DNA of 64,000 nucleotides from a virus: positions 2,281 through 66,280 of IMG/VR virus record IMGVR_UViG_3300015360_002415; one strand, 5' to 3'. Under the pieces are notes generated by a model. It saw only the letters and a list, made by a program, of their open reading frames with translations. It was not told where the DNA came from and made no database searches. The position numbers were made by a program, and so were the translations under genes. Every line of letters begins with the position of its first letter. The stretch's first letter is position 1. This document shows positions 48,401 to 59,500 of this stretch, piece by piece.

Positions 48401-49437
48401 TCAAGACTTAATATATTAAGTCCTGCTACTGAGCTATTACTAAAAACAAAATCGACAGGTTGTGGAACTGAGTCTAGCACTACGCCTGAATCGAAAAGTG
48501 AACTATAATTTACACTTATCTGTGCGATTGGAATATTAGATGGGGCAAAATCCAATTCCAAATTAGGCGCGACATCAGAAGGACAATCTATATTAGATTG
48601 CAATGGATAAATGCTAATTAATAAATCACCATTCCATACTAAATCAGTCTCACTACCAACTTCCTCATTCCTTACTGAAAGTAGAAGTGTAATCTTTTGA
48701 ATATTGCTTGTAAGGGCTTGAAACTTTTGTCCTATTTGAGTAGTAACATCACCGATTAGTAATACTTTATTATCTAGCTCTGAAGTTGAAATATCTAACG
48801 TATCAACATTATAAAGAGGTAAGGCTGTAGAAAGTAAAGAGCTTAATGATGCTGCGCCATCCAAAAAGAAATCTCTAAAGAATAAATTAGGCTCTAAGTC
48901 TTGAGCAACCATTATTGGGCTTCTAGACATTGTTAGAGGCTTAGCTTCTTTGATTGTTATTCTTCCACCTAGATTTAATGATAAGTCTGGATTACCAATA
49001 AAATCATTAAATAATAAAACAAGAACGTTCGTAAAGTGTTTAGATGTTACTTGGGTTTCATTTGTTTTAAAATAAAATGTTTCAAATTGTAATGAGCTAT
49101 TAAAATCTAGCCCTATGATTGCAACTTTTATTGCTTTTTTACTTGCAGCTAATGATCCGGTTAATGTTATTTCTAGTTGATTTCCTAAAGTAGTATCCGT
49201 TGGCTGATTTTGTACAGATACGGCGACACCATCTAAGAATGATGATTCCAAACTAGAATCAAATATATAGGTCTGAGATAAGGTTTCGGTTAGAACGCCC
49301 GTTCCTATATGGTTATTGATAATACCTGATTGAATAGTATTATTATATTGTTGTTCTAAGCTTAAGTCGGTATCATCAACTTGTTGAGCATCGAACCAGA
49401 TGTTTTGCTTACCAGAGATAGGGTTTAGTTTCGTCAT
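45463..49437 (-). CDS. Large virion structural protein with dockerin/EF-hand-like motifs
   Basis: N-terminal WFDAQQVD..DL..EQ, GDVNGDGVVDLED, ADIDND..IT.ND, LPI.NGGTG; follows the baseplate genes. Confidence 0.7.
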   Translation of the reverse strand: MTKLNPISGKQNIWFDAQQVDDTDLSLEQQYNNTIQSGIINNHIGTGVLTETLSQTYIFDSSLESSFLDGVAVSVQNQPTDTTLGNQLEITLTGSLAASKKAIKVAIIGLDFNSSLQFETFYFKTNETQVTSKHFTNVLVLLFNDFIGNPDLSLNLGGRITIKEAKPLTMSRSPIMVAQDLEPNLFFRDFFLDGAASLSSLLSTALPLYNVDTLDISTSELDNKVLLIGDVTTQIGQKFQALTSNIQKITLLLSVRNEEVGSETDLVWNGDLLISIYPLQSNIDCPSDVAPNLELDFAPSNIPIAQISVNYSSLFDSGVVLDSVPQPVDFVFSNSSVAGLNILSLDKYYAVTIKRSGSANKCDILIAVGSDLIENSRVTTFTGTLWVDIPEQDLWFRIWTDAAKVSDGQAYDTGNGIAVEKVIVDAASLATVDYSLDKLQFSGNDVYRAVLSATTTETDEVQDQRTANPVLSRKQYTPNIELLNSIDIVNLESITEPLLLGAISDKNRKFYDSISSEILTKLFSNTISGDELIIKIIEDATDTGRYDTSVTSLVSNLLNGDLVGAKITPDTAYPTIYYRIADAKLCSMIVGDVNGDGVVDLEDYELLNKFMNYNLNVGLPELTVITIYGTRTTFVNGYAAYKEAFSNDFGLTFELVSKADDTILIGGTDGVLVANPNDARLAQFTSSTVLFSDIDGISDYKLVIYAATETNHGGFEIDQIDTNTDVLTISKIVLTTETYLQLLRADIDNDLFITDNDGYLLQSYVDRLVLETVPAPTYFGPTGNSYTRIGTRFNVIRLKLEKFFDRADDYSSVVSGRAEAIHIAPDIIEDGYFYSHNFYTSPKIVSIEKKLTWDESLIVCTSIPRQVPSVLGTTTGYEVNECTVEGVQVTVYGAKPSFDPGRVDVFVPNNIIIGEGGGIKGIDGNYHKVDFEVGTIVLEIPDGIFGAEKTINIMDDFIADYTSNGITRLGFPAMKYADCSYVSSNDLADDKIRLSVSVQSFSPNTNGVDADGYEGIIVDGKIGVAIDYTTGLLSLNFTNLYQDEVLSTMNTKIQINVFLKKGGFNNAPLFVDSTKVQNMLSLISVFSNGVDGGPSSLVDVESDVSGILPIINGGTGLDSVGALGTVLTSGSGSLSYQFLYDMDGVAGYNSFDVDVLPKTDGYGFIDPSFMYKNPVFITAVAGSFTNNSTTVVVIGSFTFRFDSFIQQGLSSIKLETIIKTSDASNAARVQLTNVTTSEDLLISSGTLYLATNGTSYTLVRSDDIKELLAEGATDFVYQIGLTLSPTDLGKTATCTMARLVLTYDNPEVLPPTSYSTNFVPYLVT

Positions 49438-49461
49438 TTTTGTCTCATATTATATGCTTCT

Positions 49462-52400
49462 TTATAGATATTGAATAAATACTTTGCTATTAGCAGGCTT
49501 CAGTATCCTTATCAACTTCTCTAAAATTTCTTTAACCTTAGCGCTGCTACTAACTATACCAAATGAATCAATAATATTCATCGAAAAATCAAATAAGCCG
49601 GTAGCCCTGTTTCTTATACTCGTAAAATCTGTATTCAACTTAACTTCAGCATCATAATTCATAAGATATGTGGTGAAAATATCTTCTGTTACTGGAAAAA
49701 CAATATCTAGATTAGAACCATAGTTAACATCTATTGGTTCACCATAAGGTGCGTATATAGGTCTAAATATATTACTTATTCTAAGATTATCTATCAAACC
49801 AAATAAAGGCTTATCATTTGAATACTGATTTCCTATTATTAATTGATTTATTGGATCTTTGAATTTGATTATTGGCGTTTCGCTATAGCCATCGCCTGGA
49901 AATGATGTACCAAGCATCGATGAATAATTACCGAAAAGTAAAGAATCACCAAATAATACGTTTCCATACTGATATCCATCAATGAACAGCCTCATTTCAT
50001 CCTGATTATTTGAACTATTCATACGGTAACTTGCTTTGATTCTATGCCAACTACCATTTGTCCATAATGATGGTCCGCGAACAATATACTCTTCTCCAGA
50101 AGCAATAATCCTAAAGTTTATTAAACCAAAACTATCCTTGAAAATAGAGATTCTATCACCTTGTAATCCATTAGGAATATAATGAACTAATACTTTGGAT
50201 TTATGAACAGGTAATCTTTTATTTAAACGAATAATTTGAGTGTTGACTTTAATTGCATCTTGATTCAATGGTTGATAGGTAATGATTATAGGTAATCCAG
50301 TGGTAGGCAATACTGTGCCTAAATAGATTTTCTTATTGTCAGATCCTAAGCTTCCACCTTGGAAATAGTCTTTACTTGATAAATCTCCACTAACTTTGAC
50401 ACTTACAACTTGAAAAATTGATTTGGTTGACAAAATCATATTGTCATTTGTATTAGTAAGTTCTAGTGACACTGTATTTTGAGTATCTACTTCAACTCTA
50501 CCACCAGCAAAGTAATCAACATTAGGGTCGCCATTTTTCAACTTAACACTTAGAACAGTTCCAATTGCTGAGCTTAACTTAACTGAATTATTATTGGTAC
50601 TAACGACCTCTTCTATTACTGCACCATAAGCATCAAAGTAATATCTTTCGTGAGGATCGTTTCCAGTATCATAAATTGGGCTGGTCCAAAACTCAATCGT
50701 ACCTTCCTTGTGAGCATCTAATATTCCAAGGTTATCCAATATAATTGGCTCACTTTGTATTACAATACTATTATCAAAATTTTCATTAACTACAATTGAT
50801 GATTGAAAATGTCTTTTAGAATTAAAGTTGATATAAAAATCAGCTGAATTTGTAAAAGGAAAGGTATCAAATGTGGTTAACAATAGTGTGGTCGAATCTT
50901 TCTTCAATGGTTTCAAAGAATTATAAGTTTTAGTTATTGAGTTTTGATTTGAAGGAATGGCTTCACCTACTCTGGTATCAGCCAACATAGTAGAATACAT
51001 TTTAACTTGGTCTATAATCATATCTGCTTGGTTGTTACCATTAAGATCGCTACCAAGAAACATGTATCCATTTAATGGGTCCATGCTGATACGTGCATAA
51101 GTATAATAGTTAAATTCATAAAATCCACTATTCAAGAAATATTCTTGTGATGGTAATAGATCAGCTTCGAATCTAAAATAACCATTTTGTAATCCGCTTC
51201 TATTAGTATTTACATTTACTATTTGGTATGACCCACCTGTAAATGCATCTAGTGGTACTGGGAAGCCTACAGATGTTGATTCAATTGTTAATGATTTTCT
51301 ATCTTCAGATACTCCAGTTATAATGTAATAGCCGGCAACTCCTGATGGAGATTGAATGATAATATAATTATTTACAAATAGACTGCTAAATAATTGACTA
51401 TCATCTGTAACCGTTCCATAGCCGTCACTGTATAGGGCTATTCCTGAACCCATTTGATAACTGTATCTAATTACTGGTACCAATCCGCTCATTTCACTAT
51501 GTGTAATCGAATATTTTTCTTTGATTTCGATATTTGCGGCTGGTCTTGCAGTATTAACAGGCTTAGCTGATACTTGTACATAATTTACACTAATGTAAAG
51601 GTTAGTGAAATCCACTGTTCCGTAATCAGTTAACTCTAATGTCTCAGTGACCGTAGATAATCCAACAACACCTTCAATAGTTACTACAACTGGTTGAGTA
51701 AAGTTAACATTTGTTCCACCCAATGTGACACTTAATGTTCTTCCATTTTGTGAATTACTTGGTTGAGATGTTGTTAAATTATTCGATTCAAACACCCCAG
51801 CAACTAAAGTTGAGTTGGTAGATCCAATTGAAACAAGTGGTAATATAATTTTTGTAATATCAACTTCGTCTAATGATATAGGTGGAGGCAATTTGGTAAT
51901 TAGAATATTCTCTACATTATCACTCCACACATAATACTTTCTTTTCATTCTACGATTGTTAACTCCAAGCGTTCTAATCAATACTAAATCATTTGCGCTT
52001 ACTGCATTTGATATTGTTAATACGTTGTCATTGTAGCCATCTTTTGATATTGAGTATGCTGGTCTTACAGCTCTAATTCCAGGTATTTCTGTTTCTTCAT
52101 TACCATATATATAAAAATCATCATTTGATATGCTGACAGGAAGGTCATCATCAATGATAAGATTGTAACCATCTATCTCTAAGATAGTGTAAAAAATTGG
52201 TAGCGCGTCATTATCAACTCTTATAAGATTTCCAACTTCAATATCTTGTAATGAAAAATCTATTGTTGCAGAGGATAGAGTTGGCGTGTCGATAGTTCCA
52301 GAAATATCTGTACCATTCAATGCATATGATATTGTTGATACGGCAATGTTAGGACAAATATCTATTTCTGAAATAACGGTATATTTTGTTCTATTAACAG

Positions 52401-55400
52401 AATACCTGCCATTTGTTAATGTTGCTGGCATTACTGTATCTAAAGTTAGGCTTTGACCATCTACTAATGTAATCTCATAGCCCTCTTCATTAAAGCCTAA
52501 TTCATCTATGAATATTCTATCGCCTGCAAAAACATTATATGATCCAAATGGAACGCTTGATGTAACAATTAATGATCCAACCGTAGTTGCAAGATCTGTA
52601 GAAGAGATTATGTCGCTTGTAGCTAAGCCTACAACTTCTTCTGGATCAACTGTTCTGAATTTTTCATGTAGGTATGGAATTAGCTTCTGATTGTACTTAA
52701 TGATATTTGGTACTTCTGTACCATCAATGAATAGATGTATTTCATCTCTATGATTTTTGGTATTTAGTTTCCAAGAAGCAGCAATGAAGTGTGGATCATT
52801 AGGGCGCCATGATGATACATCGGCACTGACTACATAAGCCAATCCATCCTTATCAATGACTTTAAAGTTTAAATATCCACTTGAGTCTTTGAAAATTGAA
52901 ATTCTACTATGATTTAGATCTTTACCAGCATCTAGTAAATAATGATTTGTATCAGAAACGAAAGTCACGCCTTCATCAAATGCAGAGCCGCCCGTTAAAG
53001 TCAAATTAACAGTGTTTGTTCCAGTAAATAGTATTGTCGTACTTGTTACAATACCACTAATTGTTTTCGTATCATAAAAGTTTCCAGTAGAACTAATTTT
53101 GATTTTGTATGTTGAACTTGGGCTGGTGACATATCCATCAATGGCTTGAACGTACCATCTATAAAAATTACCTGTAACATCAAGATCGTAATAAATAAAG
53201 ACACCATCCTTATTCATGTTTGGGGTTCCAATAACATCAGATGATTTATCTAATGTAAATAAACCATTGGAAATAGTTGGGTGATATTCGCCAGCACCGA
53301 TGAATATATATTCATCTTCAATTGCAATGCCATCTTTTAGTATTGTGAAAGTTAAACTGGCATCATTATCTAAACCGCTCCATTGTGGAACTACCCAACT
53401 TTCAAATGTACCTTCTTCAAGTCTCAAATTTGAATTTACTGGTATTTTAATTGTTTGGTCTGATTCAGTTACTAGTACACCATTATCAAATTTACCTGGA
53501 AGAAGCTCAAATGAACCTGTTGTAATAAATGTTCGTGGGTTCAATAAACTATTTCCCAAAGACCACCCTTCAAATACCGATTCAGAAATCTCTGGTTCTA
53601 CATGTGAGATTATGGTTGCTATGTTTTTAATAGCAGATACTGTTGGTCCCTTTATGAAAGATGCTAGAGCGGCTGTTAATGCATCACGATATCTTTCTCT
53701 CTCAAAATCTATATCAAAATTCAATAACTCTGGTACATTAACCAAATTACCAAAATTAGATAACAAAGCATCTCTTAATGCGCCCGCTTTATAGGTAACA
53801 TAGTATGTAGAATTACTTGGCAAATTTGTATTACTGCGAAAATCAATAACATTATCTCCATACTCATAACTAACAATAATCTCATCAGCTAGATAAGTAT
53901 AATCTACATACAAATCACCTTTATTGTAATCTATTACGACTCTAGATAAATCATTAATTTCTAACGTATAAGTAATTGCAGCTAAATCTCCATCATTTGG
54001 TGATCCTGTCCCTGACAAAATCAACTGTAATGACGTTCCAGCAACAACAGTACCACTTCCATCCCATAACTCAACTGAATCTGAAGCCCTAACAACACTA
54101 AATGTAAATGTTATGTTAGGTGAGAAATATGGAATGTTCTCATCCAATGAAATAGTATATCCATCATCTGTAGCTATTATATTCGCAAATACTTCTTTAG
54201 TAATTGAACCTACATCAATCAATGATCCGCTAGTACTTGCATTAATTGCAAAATTGATAGGATTAGTATTGTTAGTTAAATCTTCGTACTCAAATATAGA
54301 TCTAACATTTTTGATTTGATGTGTTACGCCTGGTACGAATTCTAGATCAGAAAAAATACCAATGGAGCCTGCACTTACTTGATAAGGTCCAGCATTATTA
54401 TCATTCAAGAATAATTGATCAGATGGAATAAGTCCATCTGGTAAAATATCATCATCTTCATAAGAGATATAAGCAAACTGTTCATTCTTAGATGAAAGCA
54501 AATTGATTCTAGAGTATAAATCATCTACGCTAATTATATGCGGAAATTCTGGATCAATGTGATTATTTTTATAAGATACTGTTCCTAATTCACCAACTTG
54601 TTCTGACGATACTGCGCAATAGACAATACCATTTGCATAATCTACACAATACTGCCCTACTGAATCTAGCGAATCAATATTAGCACTTGCACTTAAGCTT
54701 TTATTATACCATTTTTCACTTACAAATACATTACCATTTGAAAATACAAGGCTTGTATTAAATGAACTTGCAATACAGTCTTCACTTGAAGATACTACAT
54801 TTTCATTCTTTAGAAGAATTTTGAAAATTGATAGCGAAGAAGCATTCGTCGAAGTAGTATCGATAAATAGTAACTCGTTGTTTTCTTGCTTGAATGAAAC
54901 TCTCTCACCAGTTTTAGTTAAAATTCTTGGTGGGTTAATGTATTTAAAATAAATTTTATCTTCGTACCACCTATTAAGCGAATATATTTCGCCAGAAGTT
55001 TCATTGAAAATTCTAAATACATTTGTAATAGGACCATTAGAAACCCTTAATACATTAAGTGCTAATAATTTATTATCAACTCTCTCACCAAGAACTTCTT
55101 TATGCGGATTACAAACATAATCAATGTTAGGTATAAGCACTTGTTCATAATCAAATTTTATTGTACCACTAAAATTGATTAAACTTCCATGAGGTAATGC
55201 AGCTATATCTCTTAAGTCTTTATCATAAACATAGTCTAAGTCTTGCTTATATGTTAGTTTGTATGAGTAAGTAAATAATGGAGGGTAGGCTCCAGTTCCA
55301 TCATTTCTTCTATCTTCACCATAAACATAAACTGTACCAGTTTCATAATCTATACTATATTGACCTATAGATGATGGCAATGCATTTAATCTGAATGGAA

Positions 55401-56598
55401 TTTCATACAAAAATGCAGGATGTTTAGCATTACTGATATTTGAATTTGGATCGGTAATAACAATACCATCACTAGTCGCTACATCACCATTAGTATCTAC
55501 GATTGGAGCGTGTTTCAATTGAAAAATATTAACTACTGGAGGTAATACTTCTCTTATAACTTCTTCAGAAGTAAATACAGATACTGTACCATCACCAATT
55601 ATTCTTCCAAAATCCTTACTTTCATACTCTATCTCTACACTCAATAGCAATGGCAGATTGAAATTAGGATCTTCCAATACTTTTTCATTTATTTTAATTT
55701 GATTGTCTTCAAGTAATGAATATGTAAATCCATACTCTTGGTCATATCTAGAATCTTTTATTTGATAACCAAATGTTTCGATATTGTAAGTGTATACTGG
55801 ATTAGCTGTCATGAAAGTGAAAACTAAACTTGTGATTTTTGTCACAGGCGTATTATTCAAACTAATAACTAAACTATTGATATTGAACATACCAATTTCA
55901 TCTGTAGAAGATGCTGTTAACGTTTCTACGTTTACTTGTCTTTGTAATGTAATAGGGTAAGATGAAAATTTTTCAAATGTATAAGACTCAGTAGTATTGG
56001 CTTGAGTTGGCGTTCTACCAACTCTAACAATTTCATAAGCGCCTTCTTCATTCAAACGATCAGATGGACCTGCACGGCGAGTCTTTTCTTCATCAGTAAC
56101 CGTAAATGAAAGATAGTTCTCATTCTTTAACTGTCTAATATCATATAGTGCTCTTGAAATATTCAAGGCTAAACCATTGATATATTTAGTTACTAAAGAT
56201 TTTTCATCTTCAACATTATAGATGCTTTCTATTAAATAATTTGTTAGATAGTTCTTCACCGGATTATCTGCATCTAGCGGTCCAGTGATTAAAAATCTAT
56301 TAGCAACGCCATCTTCAATTAGTCTATGCTCATCATGAGGAGATGAAAATCTATGTTGTGATGTTGAAATAAAGGTTAGAAAATAATTAGCGTATACCGT
56401 TAATGGTTGGCAGACTATACTTAAAGTATCACCTAGAACCTTAATCGATAATACACTAGAATTTGGAATACCAACTGTATCAGCAATAATAGAAACATTT
56501 GCTACAGTTAACTGTTTTGTTAGTCTATTGGAAAACTTAACAACTACATTTGAACTGTTAAGTACTTCTACGCTGATAATTCTAAGGTTTTGCATCAT
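49462..56598 (-). CDS. Giant baseplate wedge-like protein with LamG-like domains
   Basis: NFG.LV...RERYRDAL...GPT..AIK (baseplate-I-like), EGT.E.W..P and LFIDG LamG strands, C-terminal LKPANSKVFI. Confidence 0.7.
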   Translation of the reverse strand: MMQNLRIISVEVLNSSNVVVKFSNRLTKQLTVANVSIIADTVGIPNSSVLSIKVLGDTLSIVCQPLTVYANYFLTFISTSQHRFSSPHDEHRLIEDGVANRFLITGPLDADNPVKNYLTNYLIESIYNVEDEKSLVTKYINGLALNISRALYDIRQLKNENYLSFTVTDEEKTRRAGPSDRLNEEGAYEIVRVGRTPTQANTTESYTFEKFSSYPITLQRQVNVETLTASSTDEIGMFNINSLVISLNNTPVTKITSLVFTFMTANPVYTYNIETFGYQIKDSRYDQEYGFTYSLLEDNQIKINEKVLEDPNFNLPLLLSVEIEYESKDFGRIIGDGTVSVFTSEEVIREVLPPVVNIFQLKHAPIVDTNGDVATSDGIVITDPNSNISNAKHPAFLYEIPFRLNALPSSIGQYSIDYETGTVYVYGEDRRNDGTGAYPPLFTYSYKLTYKQDLDYVYDKDLRDIAALPHGSLINFSGTIKFDYEQVLIPNIDYVCNPHKEVLGERVDNKLLALNVLRVSNGPITNVFRIFNETSGEIYSLNRWYEDKIYFKYINPPRILTKTGERVSFKQENNELLFIDTTSTNASSLSIFKILLKNENVVSSSEDCIASSFNTSLVFSNGNVFVSEKWYNKSLSASANIDSLDSVGQYCVDYANGIVYCAVSSEQVGELGTVSYKNNHIDPEFPHIISVDDLYSRINLLSSKNEQFAYISYEDDDILPDGLIPSDQLFLNDNNAGPYQVSAGSIGIFSDLEFVPGVTHQIKNVRSIFEYEDLTNNTNPINFAINASTSGSLIDVGSITKEVFANIIATDDGYTISLDENIPYFSPNITFTFSVVRASDSVELWDGSGTVVAGTSLQLILSGTGSPNDGDLAAITYTLEINDLSRVVIDYNKGDLYVDYTYLADEIIVSYEYGDNVIDFRSNTNLPSNSTYYVTYKAGALRDALLSNFGNLVNVPELLNFDIDFERERYRDALTAALASFIKGPTVSAIKNIATIISHVEPEISESVFEGWSLGNSLLNPRTFITTGSFELLPGKFDNGVLVTESDQTIKIPVNSNLRLEEGTFESWVVPQWSGLDNDASLTFTILKDGIAIEDEYIFIGAGEYHPTISNGLFTLDKSSDVIGTPNMNKDGVFIYYDLDVTGNFYRWYVQAIDGYVTSPSSTYKIKISSTGNFYDTKTISGIVTSTTILFTGTNTVNLTLTGGSAFDEGVTFVSDTNHYLLDAGKDLNHSRISIFKDSSGYLNFKVIDKDGLAYVVSADVSSWRPNDPHFIAASWKLNTKNHRDEIHLFIDGTEVPNIIKYNQKLIPYLHEKFRTVDPEEVVGLATSDIISSTDLATTVGSLIVTSSVPFGSYNVFAGDRIFIDELGFNEEGYEITLVDGQSLTLDTVMPATLTNGRYSVNRTKYTVISEIDICPNIAVSTISYALNGTDISGTIDTPTLSSATIDFSLQDIEVGNLIRVDNDALPIFYTILEIDGYNLIIDDDLPVSISNDDFYIYGNEETEIPGIRAVRPAYSISKDGYNDNVLTISNAVSANDLVLIRTLGVNNRRMKRKYYVWSDNVENILITKLPPPISLDEVDITKIILPLVSIGSTNSTLVAGVFESNNLTTSQPSNSQNGRTLSVTLGGTNVNFTQPVVVTIEGVVGLSTVTETLELTDYGTVDFTNLYISVNYVQVSAKPVNTARPAANIEIKEKYSITHSEMSGLVPVIRYSYQMGSGIALYSDGYGTVTDDSQLFSSLFVNNYIIIQSPSGVAGYYIITGVSEDRKSLTIESTSVGFPVPLDAFTGGSYQIVNVNTNRSGLQNGYFRFEADLLPSQEYFLNSGFYEFNYYTYARISMDPLNGYMFLGSDLNGNNQADMIIDQVKMYSTMLADTRVGEAIPSNQNSITKTYNSLKPLKKDSTTLLLTTFDTFPFTNSADFYINFNSKRHFQSSIVVNENFDNSIVIQSEPIILDNLGILDAHKEGTIEFWTSPIYDTGNDPHERYYFDAYGAVIEEVVSTNNNSVKLSSAIGTVLSVKLKNGDPNVDYFAGGRVEVDTQNTVSLELTNTNDNMILSTKSIFQVVSVKVSGDLSSKDYFQGGSLGSDNKKIYLGTVLPTTGLPIIITYQPLNQDAIKVNTQIIRLNKRLPVHKSKVLVHYIPNGLQGDRISIFKDSFGLINFRIIASGEEYIVRGPSLWTNGSWHRIKASYRMNSSNNQDEMRLFIDGYQYGNVLFGDSLLFGNYSSMLGTSFPGDGYSETPIIKFKDPINQLIIGNQYSNDKPLFGLIDNLRISNIFRPIYAPYGEPIDVNYGSNLDIVFPVTEDIFTTYLMNYDAEVKLNTDFTSIRNRATGLFDFSMNIIDSFGIVSSSAKVKEILEKLIRILKPANSKVFIQYL

Positions 56599-59500
56599 CT
56601 AGTCTCTGTGTTGATTATTACATTGTTTGCAGCAAAATATTCATCTTTTTGAGATTGAATAATTAAAACTGAACCAAGTTGCCCTGTTTTATTAAAATAA
56701 ATTACTCTAGCTCTTGCAATTCCTTTAACAGACTGCGCAACATTTATAATTGTAGGTACATCAACTATTGTATTCAATTGGCTACTAGTTAATGCTGCTA
56801 TAATTTTATCTCTTAAGTTTTGTAGAACTGTATTAGAAGAACTCTTATAATCATCAGATATAACAACATTGACAGTTGCATCCAAAAATAATGTTTTCGC
56901 CCCTCTTACTAAAACATCTGCATTAATTGGTCTTGTATTTTCTACGTTTAATGTTACATCAGATATTAGCTTGTTGTAGTTATAGTTAACCACAATTCTT
57001 TCATTCTGTTTTGGTGCTAGATAATCATAAAACACTTTATATCTAGAACCTAAAGTTGGTTGAGTGAATGAGCTAAGAGTCAATCTTGTAGATTGCGAGC
57101 TTTTAAATCCACTAGAGACGAAGATTTTGTTTATTAAAACAAATTTCTTATTAGTATATAACGTGCCGTTTCTGGTATATGATAAATTTTCTGAATCATT
57201 ATCGGTTGTATAATAAAAGGTAACTCTTAATTTATCGCCTATTTTTGGCAAATTCTTTGCTGATATCGTATTCGTATTTGCATTGGTCGCAGGCAATGTC
57301 ACTTCCAAATTTTGGAATGTAGCATCACCGATTGTTTCATCTGAATAATATAAATTATTAGCTATTACACTATATTTTGTATCATATTCATTTATTACGC
57401 TAAGTATTTCATCACTACCAATGCTAGCAGTAATAACTCTTTCAAGCTTTAAAACTCTTGCAATTTTAACTGTGGTTGGTATTGCTGCAATAGAGCTTAA
57501 ACCTAATGCCTTTCTAATAGCCTCATTAAGATTCAATTTCAAATTAGTATTAGTGCATGTAAATACTATATTCTTTGCTTTTGAAAGCGTAGTACCAGAT
57601 ACTGTAACTATTCCACTATTAATAGTTTGGTCATTTGTCGTTCCTACTAAACGAGTTGGCGCCTTACGTAAATTTTTGTATTGATAAATCATTACAAATA
57701 CTTTATCTCCAACACTTGCTGTAGTAGTAGTTCCAATTATTAACTTGTTATTATCTAGGTCAATGGTTCCATTATAGTTCCAAACTTCTTGCGCATCCGT
57801 TATTTTAATAAAAGATATTTGATCTTTATCAATATTATTTAGTACATTATAAATTGTTAACGTATTTGTATTGATATCATAACTAGAAATATCATAAACG
57901 CCATTGTTGTTTACATTGGTAGCTGAAGTTATTCTAATTTTCTTTGATGAAATATCTGCAACATCAGAAAGATCTGTCAGAACACTTACTAATTCAGCGT
58001 TAGTATTATCAGAATTTGCAGTCAAGTAGCCATCTGTGGCTGAGAACAATATAATATCTGTATTAGGCTCAATGACATCAAAAGATAGTGGAGCTGATTG
58101 AGTTGATAGATTAGATAGCTGAATTGCTAATTTATTAGACTCAATATCTAAAGCTAACTCTTGTATTGATGTTTTAATAATTCTATTGCTATAACTGAAT
58201 GGTTGAAACCTTCTTACATCATTAGCAGAATATATTACCATAACTCTATCTCCAGTAACTGGAGTATTGTATCCTGTAAATACTAACTGGTAATTTCCTG
58301 CGCTTGCAGTGGTAATAGTGCCGGCATTGTTTACATTCCAAATTTCCAAGCCATCTGTTAGTCTAATAACAGAAAGGACATTGGCTGCTAATAATCCATA
58401 TTCTGTAGTACTACAATTCAAATCAACATAAATTTGATTACTTAGATCAGTTTTAACTATTTGATTTTCTCTTTTATAGTTATTCGTTTGACTAAAGTTG
58501 GTCGAACCAATATTCGTATTTAAAGCGAAGCCGTTTCCAAGTCTGCTTGCAGATAAACTGGTTATTGCTGATGAAAATAGTTCTTGAATATTAGAAATGT
58601 ATGTTACCCTCAATACAATTGAAGTAGCGTCTGTATCAACTTGGCTGCTTGGTATTGTAATTTGAGCGGAACTACTTGTTCCAGTTGCAGTGTCAGTACT
58701 AAATACATCTGTAGCATTTAAAATAACTGCTACATTATCGCCTTCATTAGCATATGTGTCTGTAGGTAAAATTATAGTAGTATTATATAGTACATCTATT
58801 CCAAATACCACAGCAGAACTGCTGAAAGATCCATTGGCTTGAGATGTATTGTACAGCTCAGCATTAGAGTTTTTCAAAGTGACTGAATCAACACTAGTAG
58901 ATGCAATCTCTAAATATGGAACTACTACAGCTAATCTATTTACGAAGGTGCCAGATCTTACTATTATTACGACTTCATCAACTTCCAAAAACTTACTAGC
59001 ACTTAATACCGAGCTTATTGGATGGCTAGCTGTACCTGTAAAAAAATTGTTACCAGTAACTAAATTAAACGTTACATTCTCATTCTTAATTATAGATGAA
59101 TAGCCCCAATCAATACTATCAGTTACGCTTCTATCATTTGATGTATTAACTAATCCATCAAAATCAGAATATGAATCATAATTTACAATCCAACTATAAT
59201 CTACTTGCAATACATCGCTTGGTGAAGGCAGTGTATTACCTGAAATTTTGATACGACCGGATGTATTGAATCCAGTTGCCGAATCAACATTTTGGTTAGT
59301 TACTATGTATCTTTCCCCTGTATTTACATTGAATACTCTTGTTACGTTAGCAGCAGGTGTATGTAATAGTTGAATAATAGACCTATCAGATGTTACTGTA
59401 CTATTTTCATTAGTTAAAGATATGTTTTGTTGAATATCTGGGATTTCAGTTACATCCGTAAATGTTACAGCATCTTGTCCATTGTATTGACCCTTGATCT